A DNA stretch of 64,000 nt from an uncultured Actinomycetota bacterium. GTDB taxonomy: Bacteria; Actinomycetota; Actinomycetes; JAHEKZ01. Every line of letters starts with the position of its first letter. The first letter of the stretch is position 1. Made by a program: the position numbers and the translations under genes. The stretch spans positions 1,920,001 to 1,984,000 of the forward strand of contig CAWHIJ010000003.1 of NCBI GenBank assembly GCA_963829525.1, read 5' to 3'. Under the pieces are notes generated by a model, which made no database searches, was not told where the DNA came from, and saw only the letters and a list, made by a program, of their open reading frames with translations. Shown one piece after another: positions 54,740 through 64,000 of the stretch.

Positions 54740-55052
54740 CACCACTTGAAGGAAAGGGTTGAGCACCAAGGGGCGGCCAGAGGCCTCAAACGCAGGCGGT
54801 ACGACAAGTATTCTTCGCGAACCGGACGAATGTGATGCTCGAGGTGGACCTCTGGGCGTGGAAGACCCCGCGCTTCATACGGCAGACGATTTCGTACTTC
54901 CTCAGACGCAGGCTTCACCCTGAGTTAACCTGAAGTATGCTCTTGAGTTGCCACGCCAGCACCGACCCTGGTCTCGATGGGACAGCGATCCGCCGTCTCT
55001 CGGTCAGCCTTGTTCACACCCTCCCCACGACGCCCTTGGCTCAGGTTCTCGG

Positions 55053-56360
55053 GTGAGCGAACGGGCGCCGGAGGGCGAACAGGAGTTCCGGTCGGTTGCA
55101 GCCGACGTGGCCACGGCTATCGACCGTGCGGTCGGCGGGCCGGTGCTCGTCATCGGCTCTCTGCCACCGGAGGGTCGTGATCTCGACCTGCTCGCGAAGC
55201 CGAACGACCACGCGAAGATTATTGACTGGCTGCACGACGCCAACTTCGTCCGGTGGCGGGACATCTGGGCCAGGTTCGACCCGTCCGGCCTGTACGGCGT
55301 CGAGTTGTCTTCGGCCGATCGCTGGAGGACGAGGCGGACCGACGCCTCCTCGCTCTTCATCGATGCGGAGCCCCTTCCCGGGTTCGACAATCTCTGCAAT
55401 CCGAGTCCCGCAACCGTTTTGCTGCTCGCAGCTCGGGGCGGCGTCACGCGTCGCGGGCGCATCACCGCGAAGGTCCGCCGCCGGATTTCGCAAGCTTTGG
55501 AGCGCGATCCTCGAGCCTGGGATGTCGCCAGCGAGCGGGCGGGGGACCTCGGCCTGCTGGGTGCCCTGCACCTGCTCCGAGAGTCGTATCAGGCCAGCGG
55601 ACAGCTGCCCCTGAGGGCGCGGACTGCCGGACTGGCGGGCGTCTTGGTCAAGGACGGCCCGCTGGCCGCCAAAGCGCGAATCCTCGTTGGCGCCCGTCCA
55701 CGCAGGCCGCGGCCACCGATCATCTCTTTCTCCGGCCTCGATGGCTCGGGAAAGAGCACTCAGGTGGACGAGCTGCAGAACCGCTTACACCAGCTCGGCG
55801 TCGACGCGGCGGTTCAGTGGGGAGGCAGTTTCAAGTCCGGCCAGCGGTGGTGGCCTTCGATCCCGCTTCTCAACCGCCCCTTTGGTGCCGCACGACGCAC
55901 GCCTCGCCCGCCTGACCCGTTCGTGCCTTCAGCTCTCCGGGACAGCCGCGTTGGCCAGCACGCGTGGGTGTTCGTCGTGGCGGGTCTCAACACGATCCAC
56001 CTCTGGCGCCTCATCCTGCGGCACCGGGGCAGCGATGTGCTCATCTTCGACCGTTTCAGCCCCGACTCCATGGTCAAGATGGACATGCACTTCCACAGGT
56101 TTCGCAATGTCGACATCCCGTGGCAGCGAGCGCTGTTTACGTTCATCAGCCCCAAACCGGATGTGGGGTTCCTGGTCGACGTGTCAAGCGAGATCGCCTA
56201 CAGCCGCCGTCAGGAGCAGACCCAAGAGCAACTCGCGATCATGAGCGAGCTCTACCAGGAACAGGTGGGCCGTTTTCGTCTGCACCGCCTCGACGGCACT
56301 GAACCTGCAGACGCGCTGAGCGAGCTCATAGCCGTCACAGCTTGGCGAGGCCTGCGATGA
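55053..56360 (+). CDS. Fusion of a nucleotidyltransferase-fold domain and a thymidylate-kinase-like P-loop domain
   Basis: N: VIGSLPPEGRDLDLL...GVELS; C: ISFSGLDGSGKSTQ, LIFDRF, PKPDVGFLVDV, SRRQE; start approximate. Confidence 0.75.
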   Translation: MSERAPEGEQEFRSVAADVATAIDRAVGGPVLVIGSLPPEGRDLDLLAKPNDHAKIIDWLHDANFVRWRDIWARFDPSGLYGVELSSADRWRTRRTDASSLFIDAEPLPGFDNLCNPSPATVLLLAARGGVTRRGRITAKVRRRISQALERDPRAWDVASERAGDLGLLGALHLLRESYQASGQLPLRARTAGLAGVLVKDGPLAAKARILVGARPRRPRPPIISFSGLDGSGKSTQVDELQNRLHQLGVDAAVQWGGSFKSGQRWWPSIPLLNRPFGAARRTPRPPDPFVPSALRDSRVGQHAWVFVVAGLNTIHLWRLILRHRGSDVLIFDRFSPDSMVKMDMHFHRFRNVDIPWQRALFTFISPKPDVGFLVDVSSEIAYSRRQEQTQEQLAIMSELYQEQVGRFRLHRLDGTEPADALSELIAVTAWRGLR

Positions 56361-57442
56361 AACGAGCGCAGTGGCATGCACCTAACCCGGTCGTAGGTTC
56401 GGAAGAAGGTGCCGCTCCGGAGTCGGACTTGGTGCTCAGTGCACTCTCACGAGCACTCGATGCGTCGTCGGATCACAATGTGCACCTGTCGATCGAGCAA
56501 CAAAGGCTTGCCGGGCGGTCGAACATGTATGTCGTCGGCTCGGACACTCCGGTCGGGAGTCTCCGTCAATGGGTGGTCAAGCAGCCGCACGTCGACTGGT
56601 CCCAGGACGACGTGGACAATCCACTGACCGCGCATGGGGAGTTTCTCGCACTCCAGCGTCTGCAAACCCACTTCGAAGGCATGGACCCGTTCCGCGTACC
56701 CACGCCCGTGGCCTACTTGCCCGAGCTCGATGCATTTGCGATGGAGTACGTCGCCGGAGTGACGATCAAAGACCTGCTGAGCTACCGCAGCACGTTGCGG
56801 CCCGCCGCCCTTCTCGATGGGCTTACCGCAGCCGGCGCCTTTCTCCGGCACTTGCATGCCATCGATGAGCTGCCGGCCGTTGAGGTCGACATGCAAGACG
56901 AGGCGCGCCAGGTCCTCGCCGTCGCTGAGGAAAAGCTCCACCCGCTGGGGCTGTCGCTTCCCGACCGCGTCCGCCGCACAATGGTCGAGTTCCCAGCCAT
57001 GACGGTGACTTCCCCACAGGTTCGGTTGCACGGCGACTTCGGCCCAGCCAACATCCTGCTCGCGGAGGACGGGACCACGGTGGGGCTCGACGCGGCTCTG
57101 TCTGCGGTCGGAACTCCGGAGGATGACTTGGTGCGCTTCGTCGCACTGGTCTCCGGAGCAATCCGGTTCGCGCCGGAGATCGTCGCACCGCCTTTCGCGG
57201 GAATCCGCCGACGGCTCGAGGACCGGCTGCTGCACTCCTACTACCAGGCGCCCGCCTGTCCGCCGCTGTTCGAGATCAAGTACCTCCACCAACTGGCCCG
57301 CAGATGGTGCCGACTTCGTGAGCTGGCACAGCAGCACGGCCAGAACGCCCTGCTGCCTACCAGGTTGCAGGTCATCGGGGCTCAGATGCGACGGCTGATG
57401 TCCGAAAGCGAGCGCCGTCTGACCGGACGCTTGGGGGGTTGA
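56357..57442 (+). CDS. APH/choline-kinase family phosphotransferase
   Basis: WVVKQ, GEFLAL, AMEYVAG, LHGDFGPANILL, GLD; ATGA overlap with upstream stop. Confidence 0.85.
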   Translation: MKRAQWHAPNPVVGSEEGAAPESDLVLSALSRALDASSDHNVHLSIEQQRLAGRSNMYVVGSDTPVGSLRQWVVKQPHVDWSQDDVDNPLTAHGEFLALQRLQTHFEGMDPFRVPTPVAYLPELDAFAMEYVAGVTIKDLLSYRSTLRPAALLDGLTAAGAFLRHLHAIDELPAVEVDMQDEARQVLAVAEEKLHPLGLSLPDRVRRTMVEFPAMTVTSPQVRLHGDFGPANILLAEDGTTVGLDAALSAVGTPEDDLVRFVALVSGAIRFAPEIVAPPFAGIRRRLEDRLLHSYYQAPACPPLFEIKYLHQLARRWCRLRELAQQHGQNALLPTRLQVIGAQMRRLMSESERRLTGRLGG

Positions 57443-57444
57443 CG

Positions 57445-58638
57445 ATGCGCGGCAACGAGGCTCTTGCGACAGTGAAGTTGACGCTCGTGCGCGTCTTGCT
57501 GAGAGTGACACCTGCCCTTCGGCACGCCGTCGTCACCGGATTCCCCGACGATGAAGGGAACAGCGTCGAGGTGGTCCGCGCACTGGCCCGCCGAATCCCG
57601 GTCTACTGGCTGACCAACGACAGCCCGGACTCGGTGGCTTGGCTGATAGCCGACGCGGATTTGCGTTTCCCGGTGCGGTGTCTGCGCAAGGACTCGGCCG
57701 CGGCCTATCTCAGATACATCACCGCCCAATACGTCTTCTTCACACATGGACTCTACGGGTCGCCCAAGCCACCCCACCACAAGACATTCGTGAACCTCTG
57801 GCACGGAGACGGCCCGAAGAGAAGCAAACGATTCGCCAATGTTCGATCCACTTTCGTGGTCGCCGGAACCCAGCTGTGGGGTGACCAGAGACCCGTCTAC
57901 TTCGGCGTCTCAGAAGAGGGTGTGCTCGTCACGGGCAACCCACGGGTGGACCAGTTCGCGCGGCCCGCGAGCGACGAGACGATGCGAGAGCTCGGGCTGG
58001 ACCCACACAAGCGTCTCGTCCTCTGGATGCCGACTTACCGCCAAACGGAGTACCGAGGGCGCCGCCTGGCGACCGTACAAAACTGGGCCGATGCGCAGGA
58101 GCTGTCGCAGTCGGACGCAGAGCGCCAGCTCTTCGAGCAGGTCGGCCAGGTCGCCCGTCGGCTGGGGGTCACTTTGGCAGTCAAGCCACACCCGCTCGAT
58201 GCCGATCGCTACGCGGCGATGGGCCTGCCTGTCATCGACCGGAAAGACCTGGACCGAGTGCAGACGACCGTCTACCAGCTGTTGGGCCGCAGTGACGGAC
58301 TCATCACCGACTACAGCAGTGTGTGGACCGACTACCTGGCCCTGGACCGACCGATGGGTTTCCACTGTCCTGACATCGAGGAGTACGAGACGACGCGCGG
58401 GCTCAACGTGGAGGGCTATCGTGATCTGATCCCAGGCCCGATTCTTGAGACCATCAGCGACTTCGAATGCTTCCTCCAGGACTGCCTTCGCGAATCGTCG
58501 GAGTCCAGCGACCGGCGTGCCAAGAGCATGGAGTCTGTCGGCGCCGAGACCAGACACGGTGCCAGCGACCGCCTGCTCGAGGCACTTCAAATTGCTCTGC
58601 CACCGGCGCCGGGACCGGGCTCACCGGCCCGTTCCTGA
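57445..58638 (+). CDS. CDP-glycerol/CDP-ribitol phosphotransferase (TagF/TagB family)
   Basis: LWHGDGPK, TGNPRVD, WMPTYR, KPHP, LITDYSSVWTDY. Confidence 0.9.
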   Translation: MRGNEALATVKLTLVRVLLRVTPALRHAVVTGFPDDEGNSVEVVRALARRIPVYWLTNDSPDSVAWLIADADLRFPVRCLRKDSAAAYLRYITAQYVFFTHGLYGSPKPPHHKTFVNLWHGDGPKRSKRFANVRSTFVVAGTQLWGDQRPVYFGVSEEGVLVTGNPRVDQFARPASDETMRELGLDPHKRLVLWMPTYRQTEYRGRRLATVQNWADAQELSQSDAERQLFEQVGQVARRLGVTLAVKPHPLDADRYAAMGLPVIDRKDLDRVQTTVYQLLGRSDGLITDYSSVWTDYLALDRPMGFHCPDIEEYETTRGLNVEGYRDLIPGPILETISDFECFLQDCLRESSESSDRRAKSMESVGAETRHGASDRLLEALQIALPPAPGPGSPARS

Positions 58639-58721
58639 GCCGACCCCTAGGTTCCTTTGACTAGGCACCGCGAGGTTCGACAACATCCCCGGCCAGCCGG
58701 GGCTGTGGAAGGTTGTGAATC

Positions 58722-60158
58722 ATGTCGGCAGGAGTAGATGGCGCTCCCCCACGAAGGAACGTTGCTGTGCTGCTCGCTGGCGGGGTCGGCGTCCGAATCG
58801 GATTGGGCATTCCCAAGCAGCTGCTCAAGATTGCCGGACGCCCAATTCTCGAGCACGCACTCGCCGCTCTGAACAATCACCACATGATTGACGAGGTTCT
58901 CATCATGATGGCGCCCGGGTATCTCGATCCCGTGCGCGCCATCGTGCGCGACGGCAGATACGGCAAGGTCGTCGACCTACTCGAGGGTGCCGACACCCGG
59001 AACGGAACGACGCTGCGAGCATTGGAATGGTTAGGCGACAACGAGTGCAACGTGCTGTTCCACGACGCGGTCAGGCCGCTTGTGACACCACGCATCATCG
59101 GCGAGTGCTTCGAAGCCCTCGAGCAGTACGACGCCGTTGACGTCGCCATCCCGTCGGCGGACACGATCGTTGAGGTCACGGCGCAGGGCACGATCAGAAA
59201 CATCCCGCCGCGGGCCATGCTGCGTCGGGGCCAGACGCCTCAAGCGTTTCGAGCCTCGGTCATCAAGCGGGCCTATGACCTCGCACAGTGTGACCCCGAG
59301 TTCGTCGCCACGGACGATTGCACAGTCGTGCTTCGCTATCTTCCCGACGTTGAGATCACCGTGGTACAAGGCGACGAGCGGAACATGAAGGTCACCGAAC
59401 CGATCGACGTGTACCTCGCCGACAAGCTGTTCCAGCTGACGAGTAACGACCAACCTGCACCGCGGACCGACGATGACCTTCGGGCTGCACTCTCCGGCAA
59501 GGTGATGGTGGTCTTCGGTGGCAGCTACGGGATCGGTGCGGACATCGCCGAGTTAGCGGGAGGGTTCGGCGCGACGGTACATGGGTTCGGACGGTCCAGC
59601 ACCAACACCTTCGTCGAGCGCCGGGCAGACATTGCCGCAGCCGCGCGTCAGGTGATGGCCGAGTCCGGCCGGGTCGACTTCGTGGTCAACACCGCCGCGA
59701 TGCTTCCACGGGGGAACCTGTTGGAGACATCGGAGGAGACGATCTACAGCGCCACCGAGATCAACTACCTGGCGCCGGTATTCATCGCCCAGGAGTTCTT
59801 CACTCCCCTGCAGCGGACACAGGGTTCGATGTTGTTCTTCACGTCGAGCTCCTATACGCGCGGCCGTGGCGGCTACAGCCTCTACTCATCGAGCAAGGCG
59901 GCCGTCGTGAACCTCGTGCAGGCATTGGCCGACGAATGGGCTGCTGACGGGGTACGGGTCAACTGCATCAACCCGGAGCGAACCGCTACGCCGATGCGCG
60001 TCAAGGCCTTCGGCGAGGAGCCCAGCGACACTCTGCTGACGTCTGCAGCGGTGGCCCGCTCGTCACTGGATGTGCTGCTCGCACCAGACACCGGCCAGAT
60101 CGTCGACATCCGCAAGGACGATCCCTTCGCACGAGTGCTGGACATCGCCCAAACCTGA
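58722..60158 (+). CDS. Bifunctional IspD/TarI-type cytidylyltransferase + SDR reductase (Bcs1-like CDP-alditol synthase)
   Basis: LAGGVGVR...PKQ, HDAVRP, QTPQAF, TDD, NMKVT; SDR part [20 protein letters not shown]. Confidence 0.9.
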   Translation: MSAGVDGAPPRRNVAVLLAGGVGVRIGLGIPKQLLKIAGRPILEHALAALNNHHMIDEVLIMMAPGYLDPVRAIVRDGRYGKVVDLLEGADTRNGTTLRALEWLGDNECNVLFHDAVRPLVTPRIIGECFEALEQYDAVDVAIPSADTIVEVTAQGTIRNIPPRAMLRRGQTPQAFRASVIKRAYDLAQCDPEFVATDDCTVVLRYLPDVEITVVQGDERNMKVTEPIDVYLADKLFQLTSNDQPAPRTDDDLRAALSGKVMVVFGGSYGIGADIAELAGGFGATVHGFGRSSTNTFVERRADIAAAARQVMAESGRVDFVVNTAAMLPRGNLLETSEETIYSATEINYLAPVFIAQEFFTPLQRTQGSMLFFTSSSYTRGRGGYSLYSSSKAAVVNLVQALADEWAADGVRVNCINPERTATPMRVKAFGEEPSDTLLTSAAVARSSLDVLLAPDTGQIVDIRKDDPFARVLDIAQT

Positions 60159-60204
60159 TATCGCCAGGACCAATGCGACACAGGTGAGCACCCGAGGAGA
60201 CCCC

Positions 60205-60672
60205 ATGGAGACCAAACCACCACTACCACCGTTCAGCGCCGAGGCCGCCGCGCAGAAGGTGCGCATGGCCGAGGACGCGTGGAACTCCCGAGACCCCGAC
60301 CGCGTGGTGCAGGTGTACACCGACGACACCGCCTGGCGTAACCGGGCCGAGTTCCCCACGGGACGAGAAGAGGTGCACGCCTTCCTCACCCGCAAGTGGG
60401 CGCGCGAGCTCGAGTACCGGTTGATCAAGGAGCTGTGGGCCTTCGATGGTGCGCGCATCGCCGTCCGGTTCGCCTACGAGTGGCATGACGAATCGGATCA
60501 GTGGTTCCGCAGTTACGGCAACGAGAACTGGGAGTTCACCGAGCAGGGGCTGATGGCACGGCGATTCGCCAGCATCAACGACCTGTCAATCACTGAGTCA
60601 GATCGAATGTTCCGCTGGCCTCTCGGACGCCGACCTGACGACCACCCGAGCCTTAGCGCCCTCGGGCTCTGA
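60205..60672 (+). CDS. DUF1348 (SnoaL/NTF2-like) protein
   Basis: [44 protein letters not shown]; GAGGAG RBS. Confidence 0.92.
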   Translation: METKPPLPPFSAEAAAQKVRMAEDAWNSRDPDRVVQVYTDDTAWRNRAEFPTGREEVHAFLTRKWARELEYRLIKELWAFDGARIAVRFAYEWHDESDQWFRSYGNENWEFTEQGLMARRFASINDLSITESDRMFRWPLGRRPDDHPSLSALGL

Positions 60673-60681
60673 TCGGTCGTC

Positions 60682-61260
60682 ATGTCTCGCCTGGACGACG
60701 CCGAACTGGTCCAGCCCGCTGACCGTTCGGAGTGGCGCCGATGGCTCGAGGCCAACCACGGCTCATCTCCTGGGGTCTGGGTCGTGAACTACACCAAGGC
60801 AAGCGGCAAACAGCAGTTCTCCTACGAGGACATCATCGAGGAGTTGCTCTGCTACGGGTGGGTGGACAGCACCGCGAGAAAGCTCGACCACGAGCGAGCC
60901 ATGCTCTACGTCGCGCCCCGAAAGAAGGACAGCACGTGGGCGGCCACCAACAAGGCAAGGGTCGAGCGGCTCGTGGCCAACGGGTTGATGACTCAGGCCG
61001 GCAGGGTGGTGATCGATCGGGCCAAAGCAAACGGGTCGTGGAGCATCCTCGACCCGGTAGAGGCGCTGGCGGTCCCTGCCGATCTCCAGCATGCGTTCGA
61101 CACAAACCCAGATGTCGCTGACCGTTACGAAGCCCTCGGTGCGGGTGGCAAGAAGCAGGTGCTCTGGTCAGTGGTCAGCGCCAAACGCGCCGAGACCCGG
61201 GCAGCGCGCATCTCTGCCATCGTGGCCCGTGGGCAATCCGGGGAGTCACTGCTGCCCTAG
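60682..61260 (+). CDS. YdeI/OmpD-associated family protein
   Basis: WRRWLEANH, LCYGWVDS, PRKKDSTWAATNK, SAKRAETRAARI. Confidence 0.9.
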   Translation: MSRLDDAELVQPADRSEWRRWLEANHGSSPGVWVVNYTKASGKQQFSYEDIIEELLCYGWVDSTARKLDHERAMLYVAPRKKDSTWAATNKARVERLVANGLMTQAGRVVIDRAKANGSWSILDPVEALAVPADLQHAFDTNPDVADRYEALGAGGKKQVLWSVVSAKRAETRAARISAIVARGQSGESLLP

Positions 61261-61323
61261 TCACTTCCTCACTACTGGCCTAGTCACTTCCACGGGCGGC
61301 ACGACCGGACCCGCCCCACCGCT

Positions 61324-62667
61324 CTACGACTTCGCCCGAGCCGCCATGAAAGCGGCGTAGTCACGGTCGTTCTGGTCGGCGTACGCCTCTGCGTACTCCG
61401 CCAGGGCACGGTCAGCCTTGTCGCTGGAACCGAGGTAGGTGGAGATCATCGTCGCTCCCCCAGCCCGCGCGTGAGCCCGGGCCAGACCGAGTCCGCAAAT
61501 CTCCGCGTAGGGACGGACATTCGTTGCGGGCATCCGGTCCGGGTCGGCTCCACCCTTCATGTCGTGCAGTTGGCGCACGTAGAAGTGGCGAGACTGGTCG
61601 TAGCCGTTGACCCAGCCCAAGAAGATGTCGCTGGCCGCCTGTGTCAGGCGCTGGCCCTCAACAACTCGCCGTCCCTGGTGACGGTAAACGCTCTTGCGAA
61701 GGTAGGGCTCGAGCACTGACGGGCCGGCCTCCTTCGCCTGCAACACCAGAAGGTCCTCGGGATCGATACCTTCAAGCAGAATCACCCAGCAGCGCGTCCC
61801 GACACTACCGACACCGACCACTTTCCGAGCAACATCGATCACTCGGTACCTGCTCAGCAGCTCAGCCCGGTCCGCTGACAGGGTGGCGCGGTACCTGCCG
61901 ACGATGTCGACCAGAGCAGCAACCTCGGCAGAGGAGCGCTCGACTGGAGTCAGGAGGGGTGGCTCGGAGCGGAACCGCCGCTGACCATCGACCATCTCGG
62001 TCAGCTTGGCAGCGGCTCGCGCATGCGTCTTACTTCTCGCTTTGGCGATCCCCGCCTCAAGTGACTTCCGTCCACGCTTCCCGGCGAACGAAGTTGCAAG
62101 GTTCTCCAGCATTGCCTGGTCCATCCGGTCGTACCAGATGGAGAGCTGATTCATCTCGGCCAACTCAGAGATACGTCGCCGATAGCTCGCTGCCACCGTA
62201 CGCACCGCCTCCGACGTGGCAGCTGGCGAGAATCCACGGGTGCGTCCCATCACCGCAAATGAGGTCACAAGTCGTTTGAGATCCCACTCGAATGGTCCCG
62301 GGAGTGTCTCGTCAAAGTCGTTGACATCGAACACAAGGTTGCGCTCTGGCGAAGCGTAGACACCAAAGTTGGACAAGTGCATGTCACCGCAGAGCTGGAC
62401 GTTCAGTCCCGATTTCTGACCTTGACCGAGATCGTAGGCATGCATTGCAGCGAACCCGCGGTAGAACGTGAACGGCGAAACACCCATCCGCTCGTACTTC
62501 AACGGCAACAGGTCGACGTCGCGCCCCTCATCGGACGCATACATCAGGACAACTGGGTCTGGTCGGTCCGCGGCGACAACGTGCTCGGCTAACATTTTCC
62601 GCGACATCGCCTGCCGAGCGGCTCGGCCCCGCTCGATCCATTCCTCAGTGCTTACGAACCCAGTCAT
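61324..62667 (-). CDS. DUF2252 domain protein
   Basis: RMGVSPFTFYRG, CGDMHLSNFG, FDVNDFDE, KVVGVGSVG, LQAKEA, YVRQLHDMK, LARAHAR. Confidence 0.92.
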   Translation of the reverse strand: MTGFVSTEEWIERGRAARQAMSRKMLAEHVVAADRPDPVVLMYASDEGRDVDLLPLKYERMGVSPFTFYRGFAAMHAYDLGQGQKSGLNVQLCGDMHLSNFGVYASPERNLVFDVNDFDETLPGPFEWDLKRLVTSFAVMGRTRGFSPAATSEAVRTVAASYRRRISELAEMNQLSIWYDRMDQAMLENLATSFAGKRGRKSLEAGIAKARSKTHARAAAKLTEMVDGQRRFRSEPPLLTPVERSSAEVAALVDIVGRYRATLSADRAELLSRYRVIDVARKVVGVGSVGTRCWVILLEGIDPEDLLVLQAKEAGPSVLEPYLRKSVYRHQGRRVVEGQRLTQAASDIFLGWVNGYDQSRHFYVRQLHDMKGGADPDRMPATNVRPYAEICGLGLARAHARAGGATMISTYLGSSDKADRALAEYAEAYADQNDRDYAAFMAARAKS

Positions 62668-63131
62668 CCACCCTCCAAGAGGCGCGCTATGCGACAGACA
62701 TCGATCCTCTTGAGCGACACTGTCGGGTCGCCCACGATATCGACCTGCAGGCTGCCAGGGCATCGCCCTTGCAAGGTGATCAGACCATCAAAAGTCGCCT
62801 CGTAGCCAGAACCCCTCGAAGTCTCACCCGTACAGGTGACCTTCCCGCCCAGACCGAGGCGGGCCCCAGACGCGCTGAGGTCGGCTGAACAGGATGGCGG
62901 TTCGGTGATTGTGTAGCCGGCCTCGGCCAGGGTCTGCTCGACGGCAGTCCCGACCGTGGCCGACGCGGCATCAGCCGACAGATCCCCCACAACGTCCTTC
63001 GCCTGGTCAGCAGCCTGGTCGATCGCTTGGTTTGCCGTGTCCTCCAGCCCGCAGCCGGTCAGCAGCACCACGGCCGCGCATGCAGTCGCTCCGACGCCGA
63101 GTGCCCTCTTAATCCGAAATGTGTTTCGCAT
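62664..63131 (-). CDS. Hypothetical lipoprotein
   Basis: Signal peptide with lipobox LTGC; four further Cys; ATGA overlap with DUF2252. Confidence 0.7.
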   Translation of the reverse strand: MRNTFRIKRALGVGATACAAVVLLTGCGLEDTANQAIDQAADQAKDVVGDLSADAASATVGTAVEQTLAEAGYTITEPPSCSADLSASGARLGLGGKVTCTGETSRGSGYEATFDGLITLQGRCPGSLQVDIVGDPTVSLKRIDVCRIARLLEGG

Positions 63132-63314
63132 GACTTGACGATAACGCCAGGCACGTGGGCACGCGACACGACCCATCTCGACGTGTGGGACTTGAGCACG
63201 ATCGAAGATCGCGGCCCACTGGACGTCGCGCCATCGCTCAACCCGACGCTGGACGATCTGGTCGCCCGTGTCGGCGCGATCGACCTGAACCAAGCCGTAA
63301 GGGACAGCCATACC

Positions 63315-63335
63315 ACTACCGAGTGACTCGGTAGT
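63315..63335. promoter_or_regulatory. Perfect 21-bp palindrome, operator-like
   Basis: ACTACCGAGT-G-ACTCGGTAGT. Confidence 0.5.
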
Positions 63336-63472
63336 AGATCCAGTCCGACGCCGCACCGACATGTGTGTCGTCCTCCGGCGGGCTGTACTTCTACGTCAAC
63401 GGATCCTTCGGTTGGCAACCTATGGTGTCGGCCGGGGAGCCGGCCTTCTGGGCGTGCGCAAGCGCCAGGGTC

Positions 63473-64000
63473 CTAGGGGCTGGACACACCGCGCGCCAGG
63501 ACCACGAGCCGGGACAGCGCCCGCAGGTACTTCTTGCGGTACCCACCGGCGAGCATCTGGGCGGTGAAGACATCGCCGAGCGACGCTCCACTGCCCACAA
63601 CGCGAACACCTCGGTCGTAGAGGCGGTCGACCAGGACCACGAAGCGCAGCGCCACGGCCTGGTCGGCGATCGGCTGTACCCCGCGCCAGACAGCGATGTC
63701 GATCCCCGACACCAAGGCTCCATATCGACTGGGGTGTAGCACCGCTAGGTGCGCCAGGAGCGCCTCGAAGTCGTCAGCTGCGGCCACCCCTCCCGACTCG
63801 ACGGCCCTCTGCAGCTCAGCCTCGGTTGCCGGCCGCGGCGTGGTGGGAGCATCCCGATGCCGATAGTCCGGGCCTTCGATACGCACGACGTCGAAGTGCG
63901 CGGCGAGCCCCTGGATCTCACGCAGGAAGTCCGCAGCCGCGAAGCGGTCCTCGCCCAGTCGGTCCGGGAGAGTGTTGGACGTCGCCGCGAGCATCACGCC
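63473..64000 (-). CDS. zapE: Cell division ATPase ZapE (AFG1 family), 3' part only
   Basis: AATSNTLPDRLGEDRFAAADFLREI, GPDYRHR, ALRFVVLVDRLYD, GGYRKKYLRALSRL. Confidence 0.92.
   Translation of the reverse strand, partial: GVMLAATSNTLPDRLGEDRFAAADFLREIQGLAAHFDVVRIEGPDYRHRDAPTTPRPATEAELQRAVESGGVAAADDFEALLAHLAVLHPSRYGALVSGIDIAVWRGVQPIADQAVALRFVVLVDRLYDRGVRVVGSGASLGDVFTAQMLAGGYRKKYLRALSRLVVLARGVSSP

Noticed and set aside
50912-64000. Integrative element or prophage at tRNA-Val(GAC)
   Set aside because: No integrase or phage gene, and I found no second copy of the tRNA 3' end downstream by eye

Overview
High-GC actinobacterial chromosome segment, probably from a long-read assembly: single-base frameshifts hit essential genes in three patches (~1-7 kb, ~21.9-25.6 kb, ~44.9-52.2 kb) while the rest is clean. 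About 1.5-51 kb is the conserved actinobacterial backbone: aroE-mltG-ruvX-alaS-rarA-aspS-hisS, MBL hydrolase, cyclophilin, DUF349, relA-secF-secD-yajC-ruvBAC, yebC-pdxT-pdxS, pimA-patA-pgsA, EF-G2, HIT, thrS, tRNA-Val, TIGR02611, class IV aminotransferase, chorismate-binding protein and tRNA-Gly/Cys/Val. Accessory material sits inside and beside it: (i) a roadblock/MglB-like + DUF4388 module behind a sigma28-type promoter at the left edge; (ii) a ~3.5 kb insert between ruvC and yebC with a PafBC-promoter DUF222/HNH gene and two internally deleted genes; (iii) an HTTM-like two-gene pair; (iv) hutH, hutU and hutI dispersed among backbone genes with an FMN alpha-hydroxy-acid oxidase; (v) an islet after tRNA-Val(GAC) with a 32-aa small ORF missed by the ORF track, a secreted near-identical RCC1/BLIP-II repeat protein, a STAS anti-anti-sigma factor and a secreted metallophosphoesterase, several behind SigB/SigF-type promoters; (vi) a four-gene cassette of nucleotidyltransferase-thymidylate-kinase-like fusion, APH-family kinase, TagF-like transferase and IspD-SDR (Bcs1-like), the best candidate for an undescribed surface-modification system. 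No CRISPR array, integrase, transposase or rRNA was seen. All family calls are by eye from motifs and synteny; no searches were run.
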